Position numbers and translations under genes: made by a program | Source: an uncultured delta proteobacterium | GTDB lineage: Bacteria > Desulfobacterota > Binatia > UBA9968 | Reading direction: 5' to 3' | DNA length: 64,000 nucleotides | NCBI GenBank assembly: GCA_963840855.1 | Contig: CAWJBB010000080.1 | Location: 24,322-88,321 of the forward strand | The notes under the pieces: model-generated | Database searches by the model: none | Seen by the model: only the letters and a program-made list of their open reading frames with translations | Told to the model about the DNA's origin: nothing | In this document: piece after piece, positions 31,331 through 41,209 of the stretch | Numbering within the stretch: position 1 is the first letter of the stretch | How the letters are laid out: every line of letters starts with the position of its first letter

Positions 31331-32284
31331 ATGGAAAACACACAGCAACCGGGAAATTCATTGTGCATCCTGGTGATCGAAGATCATCCTGATCAGCGCG
31401 ACCTACTTTCCATAGTTCTAAGGCGCGAGGGCTATCGCGTAATTACGGCCGCCAATGGCATTGAAGCGTTGGAAAAACTCCGCGGCGAACAAGTGCACAT
31501 TGCTTTGTCCGATATCATGATGCCCAAGATGGACGGTTTTGAGCTGATAAAAACAATTCGCACCGATCCTGATCTGAAAAATCTTTACCTCATCCTGATC
31601 ACCGCAAGGATACAGGAAGGTGACCGGGTTCGGGGGCTCGACCTCGGGGCCGACGATTATATCACCAAGCCTTTTTCCTTTTCTGAGTTGCTGGCGCGAA
31701 TTCGAGTCGGCTCGCGGGTGATACAATACCAACAGCATTTAGAGTACCAGACGCAGACCGATTCCCTGACCGGCTTATACAACCGGCGCGCTTTCGAGAA
31801 AAAGATGACGGACGAATTCGAACGAGCGAACCGCTATGGCCATCCGTTGTCGCTGCTGATTCTCGATATCGACAACTTTAAAGTTATCAACGACACCTAT
31901 GGGCATCATGGCGGTGATGCCGCCCTCGTGAAGATCTCTGAAACTCTGCGCACCACAACGCGCCAGAGCGACTTTCCGTCGCGTTTTGGTGGCGAGGAAT
32001 TTGTTCTCCTACTGCCCGAGACAGACCATGATAGCGCCCTGCTGGCAGGAGAGAAAATTCTGGGTGAAATCCGCTCTTCGGTATTCTCGGCGAACAACGG
32101 CTATTTTTCTCTCACCGTCAGCATCGGCATCAGCTCCACGTCAATCCACACCTATTCCGACGCTAACCAGATGATCGAGGACGCCGACCGCGCCCTGTAC
32201 ACCGCTAAACACAAGGGCAAGGACCGGGTTGAAGTTTTCTGGCCAGGAAAGCCCCATGGGGAACGGCATCTCATCGCCCATTGA
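31331..32284 (+). CDS. Response regulator diguanylate cyclase (REC-GGDEF)
   Basis: REC: IED, SDIMMP, T, KPF. GGDEF domain: DSLTGLYNRR, DIDNFK.IND..GH, I-site RQSD, active site GGEEF. Confidence 0.93.
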   Translation: MENTQQPGNSLCILVIEDHPDQRDLLSIVLRREGYRVITAANGIEALEKLRGEQVHIALSDIMMPKMDGFELIKTIRTDPDLKNLYLILITARIQEGDRVRGLDLGADDYITKPFSFSELLARIRVGSRVIQYQQHLEYQTQTDSLTGLYNRRAFEKKMTDEFERANRYGHPLSLLILDIDNFKVINDTYGHHGGDAALVKISETLRTTTRQSDFPSRFGGEEFVLLLPETDHDSALLAGEKILGEIRSSVFSANNGYFSLTVSIGISSTSIHTYSDANQMIEDADRALYTAKHKGKDRVEVFWPGKPHGERHLIAH

Positions 32285-32518
32285 TCGTCAATTTTTCTTC
32301 CCGACGCTCTGACCCAGGGTTCACCACTCCTTTCGACGCCTGCCAAATTCCCAGACCGGCGTCTTAGGCTTCCACGAATCATCATAAAGCAGGAAAGAGT
32401 GCCAAACAGGGGTTAATCTTCCTTTCGCGGCTCCGGCGGGAACTTTTCACCCGTTGGAACGGATCCCGCGGGTGGGGTTCTGACCCCGCCCTTGACCAAA
32501 GGGGATGCTCACCCCCCT

Positions 32519-32566
32519 TTGGAAACCTCATGATGTTGTTCCCGCCTCAAGAGGCGAGGTTTACAT
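32519..32566. repeat. Dispersed ~50-bp repeat, copy 1
   Basis: TTGGAAACC.CAT..ATGTTGTTCCCGCCTCAAGAGGCGAGGTTTACAT, near-identical to 38777-38829. Preceded by hairpins at about 32470-32522. Confidence 0.8.
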
Positions 32567-32720
32567 AGGATAAAACAAATCCGAGATACGCCGATCAGTA
32601 CTGATAGGCGAAAACGTTTTTTGAGTGGTTTTTGATTCCGGTGAGTTCATTTCTTGCGTGCTTTCGCACTGAGCAGCATAGCGGTCGAACCGCAGCCGCT
32701 TGTGCGCCCGAAAAAACATA

Positions 32721-32735
32721 TGGCACGCGCATTGC
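32721..32735 (+). promoter_or_regulatory. Sigma-54 (-24/-12) promoter motif upstream of the EAL protein
   Basis: TGGCACGCGCATTGC matches the TGGCACG-N4-TTGC consensus; about 85 bp before the start. Confidence 0.7.
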
Positions 32736-32820
32736 GACGCAGAACGATGCTAGCCCTTTGGGGTAGAAATCTTCCTGAACGAGACCAACTGCCAAATTCC
32801 AGCTGCTTGGAAACGCAAAA

Positions 32821-34182
32821 GTGACCCAGATACCCGTTGAAATAGCTGATAACGCACAATTTCACATTCAGATCCGGCAAGCGGTCTTGGCGGCACAGCA
32901 CAGCTCAAGGCAAGTCGGCTTGCTTATGATTGACATCGACGCCGGTGAGCCCTCTTTCCGAAACGGTGATGGACTATCCAACGGCATGAGAGAGAAGGCC
33001 TTCGCGTTAGTCTCCGGCACGCTTCGCGAATCCGATGTTCTATGCCGCATTTCGGGGGCCGAAACTGCGGTACTTTTATCGTCGCTGCGAAAAACCGACG
33101 ACGCGCTGCTCGTGACGGAAAAAATACTTCGCGAACTCGATCGACTGCTTCAACTGGAAAGCAGGACGGCCAGTTTGCGGCCCCAAATTGGCGTCGCCCT
33201 GTTTCCCAACCATGGGAGCAGCGCCTCTACCCTCTTGGAGTGCGCTGATATAGCTCTTAAAACCGCCCGCAGAAATAAACAGCGCTACGTCCTTTACTCC
33301 GAGGAGTTTAGCCGCTCGCCGCGTCCGCCGTTACGCTTGGGCGCGTTACGGCAAGCGATTGTGCAGGACCAACTCTTTCCGCTCTATCAACCGAAAATTG
33401 ACCTCAAAAACGATCGCATCACCGGCCTCGAGGTGCTCACTCGATGGCGTCACCCAGAGTATGGCTTGATCATGCCCGATGAGTTCATTCCGTTGTCGGA
33501 GCGCACCGGCCTCATCGTTCCGTTGACCCTATGGGTGCTCAACGCGTCCATTAATCAGTGCCGGCGCTGGCGCGACCAAGGCATCAACACCAGTATCGCG
33601 GTCAATTTGTCGATGTGGAACCTCGACACTCCTGAGCTGCCTGATCAGGTTGCCGCTCTTCTCAACAGCACGGGTGTCCCGGCCAGCCAGCTGGAACTGG
33701 AACTCACGGAAAGCGCGATCATGGATGACCCCCAGCGGGCCATGCGCACCTTCAAAGCGATCAGAGAGCTTGGAGTCCGATTCGCCATCGACGATTTTGG
33801 AACGGGTTACTCATCGCTGGCATACCTAAGAAAACTTCCCGTTAGCAGCATCAAAATCGACAAATCGTTCACCCAAAACATGGAATCCGACAACGACAGC
33901 GCCGTGATCGTGCGCGCCATCATTGATTTGGGACACAATCTGGGGCTAAAGGTGGTGGCAGAAGGAGTTGAGACCCTCGGAGCCAGAGAGATGCTCACGG
34001 ACTTCAATTGCGATGAGGCACAGGGGTACTATTTCAGCCGCCCCGTAACCGCTCCCGACATTACCCGCTTCATGGAAAATGCCCAGACATCATCCGCCCA
34101 AAACAGCCCAATCGAGAACGTTGTGGGCTGGCCGCTCGAAAACGCTGGCGAAATTCCGACGGCTATTAAACCTCCCCTCTAA
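32821..34182 (+). CDS. c-di-GMP phosphodiesterase: degenerate GGDEF + intact EAL
   Basis: GGDEF is replaced by SGAET while RESD (RxxD) is kept. EAL domain has YQP, EVLTRW, AVNLS, ELTES, IDDFGTGYSS, KIDKSF, AEGVE, QGYYF. Confidence 0.9.
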   Translation: MTQIPVEIADNAQFHIQIRQAVLAAQHSSRQVGLLMIDIDAGEPSFRNGDGLSNGMREKAFALVSGTLRESDVLCRISGAETAVLLSSLRKTDDALLVTEKILRELDRLLQLESRTASLRPQIGVALFPNHGSSASTLLECADIALKTARRNKQRYVLYSEEFSRSPRPPLRLGALRQAIVQDQLFPLYQPKIDLKNDRITGLEVLTRWRHPEYGLIMPDEFIPLSERTGLIVPLTLWVLNASINQCRRWRDQGINTSIAVNLSMWNLDTPELPDQVAALLNSTGVPASQLELELTESAIMDDPQRAMRTFKAIRELGVRFAIDDFGTGYSSLAYLRKLPVSSIKIDKSFTQNMESDNDSAVIVRAIIDLGHNLGLKVVAEGVETLGAREMLTDFNCDEAQGYYFSRPVTAPDITRFMENAQTSSAQNSPIENVVGWPLENAGEIPTAIKPPL

Positions 34183-34221
34183 GTGCCTTGCGTCCTACGC
34201 AGCGCCTTGGCGTTCGTTGAA

Positions 34222-35529
34222 TCACTCTTGCGCCGGTCCCATCAGCGGACAAATGCCGACGACGCTAAAAAACAGCTCCCGGATGGAAACCTCACGAGCT
34301 CGCCTGACTTCCTGGAAGCGCGCCGACAGAGAAATGTAAACAAGCAACCGGCAGAAGCCGGACAATACAAAAAGACCGATAAGCTGGTAACCGAAGAGCG
34401 GCGGCAATCGGGAAGCCAGCCATCCGCCGGTCGCCGAGCCGAGAAAAACCGCGACGCCGTTTATCACGTTGAAGTAGGCGATACAGCGCACGCGCTTTTG
34501 CGGCGTCACCGCGTCATAGATGAAATTGCCGGTGGAAAGCGTGACCCCGCTCCATGCGAATCCAGCCCACATCTGAACCAACATCAGATAAACCGGATTG
34601 TGCGACACCAACCAAAAGAAAGGAATGAGCGCGGCAAAAAACGAACTGAGCCGCAGCACTCGCACGTTACCCACCAGATCCGCATGCCGGCCCCACAACG
34701 GCAGTGCCACGAGCGTCACCAGCGCGGAACTAACGTGGAGCGCCATATAGGTGAGATAATCGAGTTGCAGGTCCCGAAGCATGAACACCGCAAAAAATGG
34801 CGCGGCTAAGAAACTGGCAAAATTCAGAGCCGCTGCGAAGGTGACGAATTTCAAGAAATTACTCTCGCGAAAACGGGCGATGAACATCAAAAATGTAAAA
34901 TCGCTCGCCGGGTCCTTCTTGTGCGGAGGCTCATCCATCTGCTTGATGAAATAGGCGGAACCATAACGGGCAAGCGCCGCCAGGCAGAACAAGACAACGA
35001 AGCCGCCGCGGTAGCCGAGCCGCCTGAACAAATAGAGCAATACGCCCGCGCCGCAAACACTGCCGACGCCGACCGCGCCGAGGACGCTGTTGCGCCAGCC
35101 AAAGTAATGTCCCCGTTTGCTCGCGGGTATGTAGTCGCTCATCAAACTGCCCCACGCGGGCCCCGCCAAACCACCACATAAGGCCGCCAGGGTCAGAAGA
35201 ACAAGAAACCACTCGACGCGAGAAGGCACATCAGACGCCGCTAGAACCGCTATGCCGACAAAGAACGACGCCTGGGAAAAGACCAAACGCACTAATAACT
35301 TGAGCCGCCCGCCCACCCAGTAGATGACCCGCACCGCGAAGAACTGGGACAGGGAGGAAAAGAGATTTGGCAACGCGCTGACGAACCCCACCTGCAAGAC
35401 CGTCGCTCCCAAGAAGAGTGCCAGCGGAGTGGCGTAATGTTCAGTGACACCGCCCATAAGTGCGGCAAAGATTCCGTCCTTAAACGAAGCGCGCAGACTC
35501 TCTCTGACGTCGATATTTTTACGCACCAT
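34222..35529 (-). CDS. MFS transporter
   Basis: About 12 hydrophobic segments; WGSLMSDYIP...RG.YFG; WGRHADLVG. Confidence 0.88.
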   Translation of the reverse strand: MVRKNIDVRESLRASFKDGIFAALMGGVTEHYATPLALFLGATVLQVGFVSALPNLFSSLSQFFAVRVIYWVGGRLKLLVRLVFSQASFFVGIAVLAASDVPSRVEWFLVLLTLAALCGGLAGPAWGSLMSDYIPASKRGHYFGWRNSVLGAVGVGSVCGAGVLLYLFRRLGYRGGFVVLFCLAALARYGSAYFIKQMDEPPHKKDPASDFTFLMFIARFRESNFLKFVTFAAALNFASFLAAPFFAVFMLRDLQLDYLTYMALHVSSALVTLVALPLWGRHADLVGNVRVLRLSSFFAALIPFFWLVSHNPVYLMLVQMWAGFAWSGVTLSTGNFIYDAVTPQKRVRCIAYFNVINGVAVFLGSATGGWLASRLPPLFGYQLIGLFVLSGFCRLLVYISLSARFQEVRRAREVSIRELFFSVVGICPLMGPAQE

Positions 35530-36048
35530 GATCGGCTGTCTCCCGAAGGATGAGTTATTTTGACGATAAATTCCAGCTGCCAATCATCGTCAGTCTCTAG
35601 AGCTTTCGCCCCACCCAAAAAAGGCCAGTTCGATCTGGGCTAACGCTGCCGGTAGGAGCGGCCGTTCAGGGCGGTATATCGGCCGGCCTGGTGGCAAGCA
35701 GCGCGGTCCGTTCTTGATTCGCGCCGTACCGCACTGGCGTCTCGCAAATGGCCGCCTCCAGCGCCGACGAAGCCGTGCATTACGTTTCGGAGTATTTCGC
35801 CAATCAAGGATGGATTTCACCTCACGGTGAGAGAAGGCCGGATCCCGCGTCACGCGCAGTGATCAAGCGAAGCCCGGGCGCGACGCTGAGACGTTCAAGC
35901 CGCCCGTGTACTCATAGTCGCGGCCACAGACTTGCTCCGATTGCTAAGCTCGGATCACGGTCGGGTTTGAGCGATTTTTCAATGCCGCAGGCGGATTGCC
36001 GTATCGCCGAAATTATCGGCCGCCAATCATGCGAGCATGAGCATCGCG

Positions 36049-36345
36049 TTACTGCTGCTCCCGATACAACCCGAGCGCTTGAAATAACGGCCGGTCACTG
36101 ACGGAAAATAAGATCGCAATCTGATCGGAGGAACGATTGGTGAAGCGATGCCAATGCCAGGTAGGAATGTTGAAACAGTCCCGCTCGCCCCATTGGAGCG
36201 TGTTTTCCTCTGCTTTGCTTTTGCCGACGCGACTCTCACCCGTTCCCCGCACCACGAAATAGACCGTGCTGCACGCATGCCGATGGCTACGGGTTGCTTC
36301 GCCGGGACGGAGCATTTGCAGCTACGGGTCAAGTCGGTAGCGAGA
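36049..36345 (-). pseudogene. C-terminal remnant of a gentisate-dioxygenase-like bicupin
   Basis: LQMLRPGEATRSHRH...WHWHRF...ILFSVSDRP...GLYRE aligns by eye with the last ~90 aa of the genes at 50235 and 55038. The N-terminal ~250 codons are absent and the codons just upstream are frameshifted. Confidence 0.8.
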
Positions 36346-36409
36346 TCTTACGAAGATGCCGATGAACTCTCGCGCAGCGCATCACGCCGTTGCCGCAACG
36401 ATGAAAACT

Positions 36410-37537
36410 TCACAGCTGGTATAGACTCGCGGCGTTTTTCCACAGCACCTGGGCGCGCGCCTGAGCGGAAACCCCGTGCAAGCAGCGCTCGACGGTTTCC
36501 TGTGTCCTTGGCCAAGTCGACGTCGCCAAAGGAAAATTTGCAGCCCACAGAATATGATCTGCACCGATGTAATCGGCGAATGGCGCGACTTTGTCATACC
36601 ACGAAGTATAAAAACACTGCCGGTGAAACATCTCCGAAGGTTTCAACTCATAGCCTTCCCGCGCAAGTCCGTCGTGTTCAAACTGATGGTCGGCCCACTC
36701 CAGGTAGAGCATCCCCCAGCTCAGCGCGCTTTCCGCCAGCACTAGGCGAAGCTTTGGATGGCGCAAGAGCACGCGCGAGAAGGAATAAAGCGAGATGACG
36801 AACACGCTTGAAACCGGTTTGGTCGCCGCATCCATCGCGCGAGCCAACGCTGGCGCTAAATGTGGCGACGCATGATACTGCAATTGCGGCGAGGCTCCAG
36901 CATGTAAACAGACGGGAACGTTCAGCTCTTCGCATACCGACCAGACCGGATCGTACTCCGGCCCGCTGACATGCGGTACATCACGCAAGTGCATGGGCAA
37001 TGACGGAAACACTACTCCCCGATGCCCTATTGCGACGGCGCGCTCGATCTCAGCAGTGGCCGCCTCGATCGGCCAGATTGGCACGATGCACTGCGGGACA
37101 AAGCGATCACTGGCGGCAGCCCATTCCTCGATGAGCCAATCGTTGTAGGCCTGCACGCAGGCGAGCTCAAGATTCGGGTCGCGCAGCCGCCCGAACACCT
37201 CTCCGGCTAGACCAGCCACCGTAGGGTAGAGCACCGAATAGTCGATCCCCGCCGCATCCATCGCCTTGAGCCGTTCGGATGGCACGTAGGCCGCCGGAGG
37301 AACATCTTGCCAACGGCTCGGCTCATGGTTCCGATCAGCCATCAGCGCGCCAGCCAGGGCGGCGCTGCCGTCGAGGAGCACTTGGTTGTCAACCACCCAA
37401 CGTTCGCTGCCGTCGGCTATCCGCTCGAGATGCGGAACGCGCTCGCCCCCGTGGATTTTGGACAACCGTTGGGTCCATAAATTCGGCGGCTCTTGTACAT
37501 GATCGTCGACACTGATCAAACCGTATTTCAACTGCAT
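36410..37537 (-). CDS. Amidohydrolase_2-fold protein, non-canonical (type B2)
   Basis: ISVDDH, RLKAMD..GID, AYNDW, CLHAG. Strand-8 motif is WAANFPL, with no Asp or His. Confidence 0.9.
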   Translation of the reverse strand: MQLKYGLISVDDHVQEPPNLWTQRLSKIHGGERVPHLERIADGSERWVVDNQVLLDGSAALAGALMADRNHEPSRWQDVPPAAYVPSERLKAMDAAGIDYSVLYPTVAGLAGEVFGRLRDPNLELACVQAYNDWLIEEWAAASDRFVPQCIVPIWPIEAATAEIERAVAIGHRGVVFPSLPMHLRDVPHVSGPEYDPVWSVCEELNVPVCLHAGASPQLQYHASPHLAPALARAMDAATKPVSSVFVISLYSFSRVLLRHPKLRLVLAESALSWGMLYLEWADHQFEHDGLAREGYELKPSEMFHRQCFYTSWYDKVAPFADYIGADHILWAANFPLATSTWPRTQETVERCLHGVSAQARAQVLWKNAASLYQL

Positions 37538-38712
37538 GAAAGATGATTTTCCCTTTTATTATTTTTCACCGCCGCCTTGGCGTCGATCCGGTAGACGCGC
37601 AGCGCATTCTCGAAAAGCATCTTGCGGCGATCCTCTTCTGGCACGCCCTCGAGCACGCGCTCCACTTCCTGCCAGGAGCGGGGATAGTATGAAGCCACGT
37701 GCGGGAAGTCGGACTCCCACATAATGTTGTCGATGCCGATGTCGTGCCTGAGCTTGATGCCTTCCGCTTCGAACCAAAAGTTCACGTACATTTGACGGCG
37801 TACGGTCTCGCTCGGACGGGTGTGAATGCCCTCGGTCCATAGGTGGCGGCTCTCCCACTCGTGATCACACGCGGCGATCACGTAATTGAGGCCGCCCACT
37901 CCGGCCTCAGGAAACACGCATTTCAGACCTGGAAAGCGTTCTGTAATCCCTGAGAATAGGAGTTGAGGAATGATCTGCGCCGGTGTGACCGCGGATGTCG
38001 CGGTCTGTGCCGAGTGGGCCTGCCTGTGCGTATAGCCACTCCATTTGCGCACCGAGGCGCCGGCGTTGAGCCCCGCCGAACCGTGAAAGTGAATCGGCAG
38101 TCCCACCTCTTGGCAGATCCCCCAGATGGGGTACCAATAGGGATCGGTGATGTGCGGCAGCCGCTCGGGCATCTCACCGAGGACGTTGACGCCACGGTGG
38201 CCGCTCGTCGCCGCGCGTTCGACTTCGCGCTTGATGACCTGGGGGTCACTGAGATAGGGCAAAATGGCGAGCGGCCAGTAACGATCACTGGCGCGGGTCC
38301 ACTCGCTGAGCGCGTCGTTATAAGCGCGCACTGCGTCCAATTCGAAATCGGGATCACCGAACTCAAAGAAGGTGCCACCCGGAGGATTCGGGAAAAGCAC
38401 TTCTGCATCAACACCGTCGGCATCCAAGCACTTTAGGCGCTCCAGCGGGTCATAGGAGGCCTTTGGCACTTCGTCCCAGCGCTTGGGATAGGTAGGAAAC
38501 GGTTCACCCATCAGGGCCGGGCAATTGGCCACGTCATTGCGGCGCGGCACGCCATAGACAGACCAACGATCGATGCGACGGCCTTTCTCCTCCACTTCAA
38601 CCACGCATGGGATGCGATCGCCCCACTTGGCGGCGGACATTCGGCGCAGAAAATCACTTCGGTCGAAGCCCGCGTGAGAATCGGCGCTGATTAGACCAAA
38701 CTTAACTTCCAT
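37528..38712 (-). CDS. Amidohydrolase_2-fold protein, canonical (type A2)
   Basis: ISADSH, FHGSAG, WESDFPH; 10-bp overlap with the downstream gene. Confidence 0.92.
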   Translation of the reverse strand: MEVKFGLISADSHAGFDRSDFLRRMSAAKWGDRIPCVVEVEEKGRRIDRWSVYGVPRRNDVANCPALMGEPFPTYPKRWDEVPKASYDPLERLKCLDADGVDAEVLFPNPPGGTFFEFGDPDFELDAVRAYNDALSEWTRASDRYWPLAILPYLSDPQVIKREVERAATSGHRGVNVLGEMPERLPHITDPYWYPIWGICQEVGLPIHFHGSAGLNAGASVRKWSGYTHRQAHSAQTATSAVTPAQIIPQLLFSGITERFPGLKCVFPEAGVGGLNYVIAACDHEWESRHLWTEGIHTRPSETVRRQMYVNFWFEAEGIKLRHDIGIDNIMWESDFPHVASYYPRSWQEVERVLEGVPEEDRRKMLFENALRVYRIDAKAAVKNNKRENHLSCS

Positions 38713-38776
38713 TTATCCTCCATTGATTTTGTCATTGAAAGCAGGCGACGACACTCACGAGCATGCTTGGCCGCCG

Positions 38777-38829
38777 TTGGAAACCCCATAATAATAATGT
38801 TGTTCCGCCTCAAGAGGCGAGGTTTACAT
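38777..38829. repeat. Dispersed ~50-bp repeat, copy 2
   Basis: TTGGAAACCCCATAATAATAATGTTGTTCCGCCTCAAGAGGCGAGGTTTACAT; contains the CGCCTC-AA-GAGGCG palindrome. Confidence 0.8.
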
Positions 38830-38838
38830 GGAATTTCG

Positions 38839-39933
38839 CTACTTGGCCGTGCAAAACGGGTGATAGCGGCCCATTTTGCAGGTTGCACCGTATTTTGCCA
38901 AAGAAGCCTCGAAATCAGCGTGGATTTGCGGATCCTCGTCTTCATACTCGATCTGATCTCCGCCTTCTTTCACGCTCTTGTAGACATAGGCCTTGCCACC
39001 TGCCTTGGGTTTGTCGCTGCCCCAACCTATGGCAAGAAAAAACACCGGCTCGGCTCCGCCATTGAAGTGTTGATGAAACCACATTTCCGGCGGCACGAAC
39101 ATGCTGCCCGGTCGCCAATCAATACGCTCCACGCTCTTTCCCTCTTGCCACATCAGCGAATAACCGGTGCCGCGAATCATAACTATATGAATGCCCGGAC
39201 CATGACGGTGCGCTTTTTTGTAAGAACCTATTTCCCAACTCGAAACATGAGACTTGACCGTGTTGTTCACCATCCGGAAAACCGTGCTCTTGGCGCCGCC
39301 GCCGCGATTGAAGCCTCCTGAGAAAGTCTGGCATGCGCGCACGTCGGCAACGAAATTGGTCGTCCACTGCTGCGCGGGGTCGGACTGTTTGAAATAGCCG
39401 TCTTCACCGTTAAAACGATCGCGAAATGTGAAATCATTCGCGAAAACGAATTCCATGTTGTTAAACGTGTCGATCACCCTCGGCGCGCTGGTCATCGCGA
39501 CGTACCTCACGGACTCAGTTCCCGAAGCGTTGAAGTGTTCGTGCCACGCATTCATGGGGAGCGAATAGTAACTGCCCTCTTGCCATTCGAAAGTTTCCTT
39601 TTTGTCGGGGTAAATCCAAACGGACGTCGCCCCCCTTCCCTTGAGGATATAGATGGTTTCTTCATACAAGTGGCGATGGGCCTTGAGTGATTTGCCCGGC
39701 GGAATCTCCGCCACATAGGCGTCGTTGAAACCGCCCGTTCCTTCAAGGTTAATGAACGCCGCGGCGCCGGTGCCGCTTGAACGCCAAGACTCCAGTTTGA
39801 GATCGTACAGATTATTGATGTACAGGCCCCTGTAAGTGGGGAGCCCTTCGGACTCCTTCCATTGCTCGTAGGGAGACTTGTATTCAATTCTCTCCTTGAC
39901 TTCTTCTTCATTGCTTACTGCCGGTTTGGCCAT
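38839..39933 (-). CDS. Bicupin protein of unknown substrate
   Basis: HRHLYEE...WHEHFN and KAHRHGPG...WFHQHFN; RBS AAGGAGG upstream. Start is 39939 or 39933. Confidence 0.87.
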   Translation of the reverse strand: MAKPAVSNEEEVKERIEYKSPYEQWKESEGLPTYRGLYINNLYDLKLESWRSSGTGAAAFINLEGTGGFNDAYVAEIPPGKSLKAHRHLYEETIYILKGRGATSVWIYPDKKETFEWQEGSYYSLPMNAWHEHFNASGTESVRYVAMTSAPRVIDTFNNMEFVFANDFTFRDRFNGEDGYFKQSDPAQQWTTNFVADVRACQTFSGGFNRGGGAKSTVFRMVNNTVKSHVSSWEIGSYKKAHRHGPGIHIVMIRGTGYSLMWQEGKSVERIDWRPGSMFVPPEMWFHQHFNGGAEPVFFLAIGWGSDKPKAGGKAYVYKSVKEGGDQIEYEDEDPQIHADFEASLAKYGATCKMGRYHPFCTAK

Positions 39934-40027
39934 GTGCATTTCCTCCTTCGCTAATATGAGCCGCTCTTTGATCTGCCGAATCTACCGTATGCGCTCGTCC
40001 TCGATCCGCTCTCTGCTTCGCCGCTTG

Positions 40028-41209
40028 TCATGAATGCGCCTGGGTCTTGTAAAGCTTCGCGGCGTTGGCAAATAGAATCTTTTGCCGGTCGCTCTCAGCA
40101 ATGCCGTCGAAGCTCTTTGCGATGGCAGCTCTCGTATTGGGCCAGGTCGATGTCGCCAGCGGAAACTGCGACGACCAGAGAATATTATCCGTGCCGATGT
40201 AGCTTCGCGTCTTGATACTCGCTTGATCGTACCAGCCAACGAGGTAGCATTGCCGTCTAAACAACTCCGATGGCATCAGGTCGTACCCATGCAGCGGCAA
40301 CTGATCGCCCTTCGCCTGGAAGTCCGTGTACTCCAAGAGATACGCGCCCCAGCCGAGACCGCTCTCCGCCAAAACCACCTTGAGATCGGGAAAACGCATG
40401 AGAATTTTGGAGATCAGTAAATTCACCAGCACCGACACCGAGCTCGCCGGCCGGGTAATGGCCTGAAACGCGGCGGCCAGCGCCGGCGAATATCCTTCAT
40501 ACGCCGGGATCTGGATCGCCGCCGCAGCGCCGGCGTGAAAGCAGACCGGCACGCCGAGCTCCTGGCAGGTCGCCCACAGGGGATCGTAGACTTCATCGTT
40601 AATATGCGGAACAGCGCGCAGCTCCATCGGGTTCGATGGATAGATGACGCCTTTATGACCGCAGGCAACGGCTCTGCGGACTTCTTTTACCGCCGCCTCG
40701 ATGGGAAAGAGCGGCAAGATGCACTGGGGAATGAAGCGCTCGCTCACACTGGCCCAATCCTCGACAAGCCAGTCGTTATAGGCTCGCACGCAGGCAACTT
40801 CGAACTCCGGATCCTCGATCCGCCCGAAAGTTTGACCGCCTGATCCTGCGACAGTTGGATACAATACGGCATAATCGATGCCGGCCTCATCCATCGCTTT
40901 CAAGCGCTCCTTGGGATCATAGACAGAGGCGGGCACATCAAACCAGCGTTGTGGATTCTCGGTGCGGTCCGGCATCGCCGCGCCGCAATCAGCCACGCCG
41001 TTTAGACCGATTTCACTTCCGTCGACGACCCAACGCTCCCGCCCATGCGACGTTTCCTCGATGTGCGGAATCCGGCTTCCCCACTTGGACCGGGGTAAAC
41101 GCTTGGTCCATACCTCCGGCTGTTCTTGAACATGCTCGTCGACGCTGATGAAGAATTCGTTCAATTTCATAGTGCTCTTGGTTTCCGCCGGCAGGCTATG
41201 CGAGTCCAT
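40028..41209 (-). CDS. Amidohydrolase_2-fold protein, non-canonical (type B1)
   Basis: ISVDEH, RLKAMDEAGID, CFHAG. Strand-8 motif is WSSQFPL. Alternative start at 41170. Confidence 0.9.
   Translation of the reverse strand: MDSHSLPAETKSTMKLNEFFISVDEHVQEQPEVWTKRLPRSKWGSRIPHIEETSHGRERWVVDGSEIGLNGVADCGAAMPDRTENPQRWFDVPASVYDPKERLKAMDEAGIDYAVLYPTVAGSGGQTFGRIEDPEFEVACVRAYNDWLVEDWASVSERFIPQCILPLFPIEAAVKEVRRAVACGHKGVIYPSNPMELRAVPHINDEVYDPLWATCQELGVPVCFHAGAAAAIQIPAYEGYSPALAAAFQAITRPASSVSVLVNLLISKILMRFPDLKVVLAESGLGWGAYLLEYTDFQAKGDQLPLHGYDLMPSELFRRQCYLVGWYDQASIKTRSYIGTDNILWSSQFPLATSTWPNTRAAIAKSFDGIAESDRQKILFANAAKLYKTQAHS

Noticed and set aside
32386-32406. Minus-strand TGGCAC...TGC sigma-54-like motif
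   Set aside because: Spacing is GG-N11-GC rather than the required N10, and it points antisense into the cyclase gene.
35590-36040. ORFs 35590-35853 and 35748-36101
   Set aside because: No convincing homology. This may be a decayed gene remnant but I cannot support a call.
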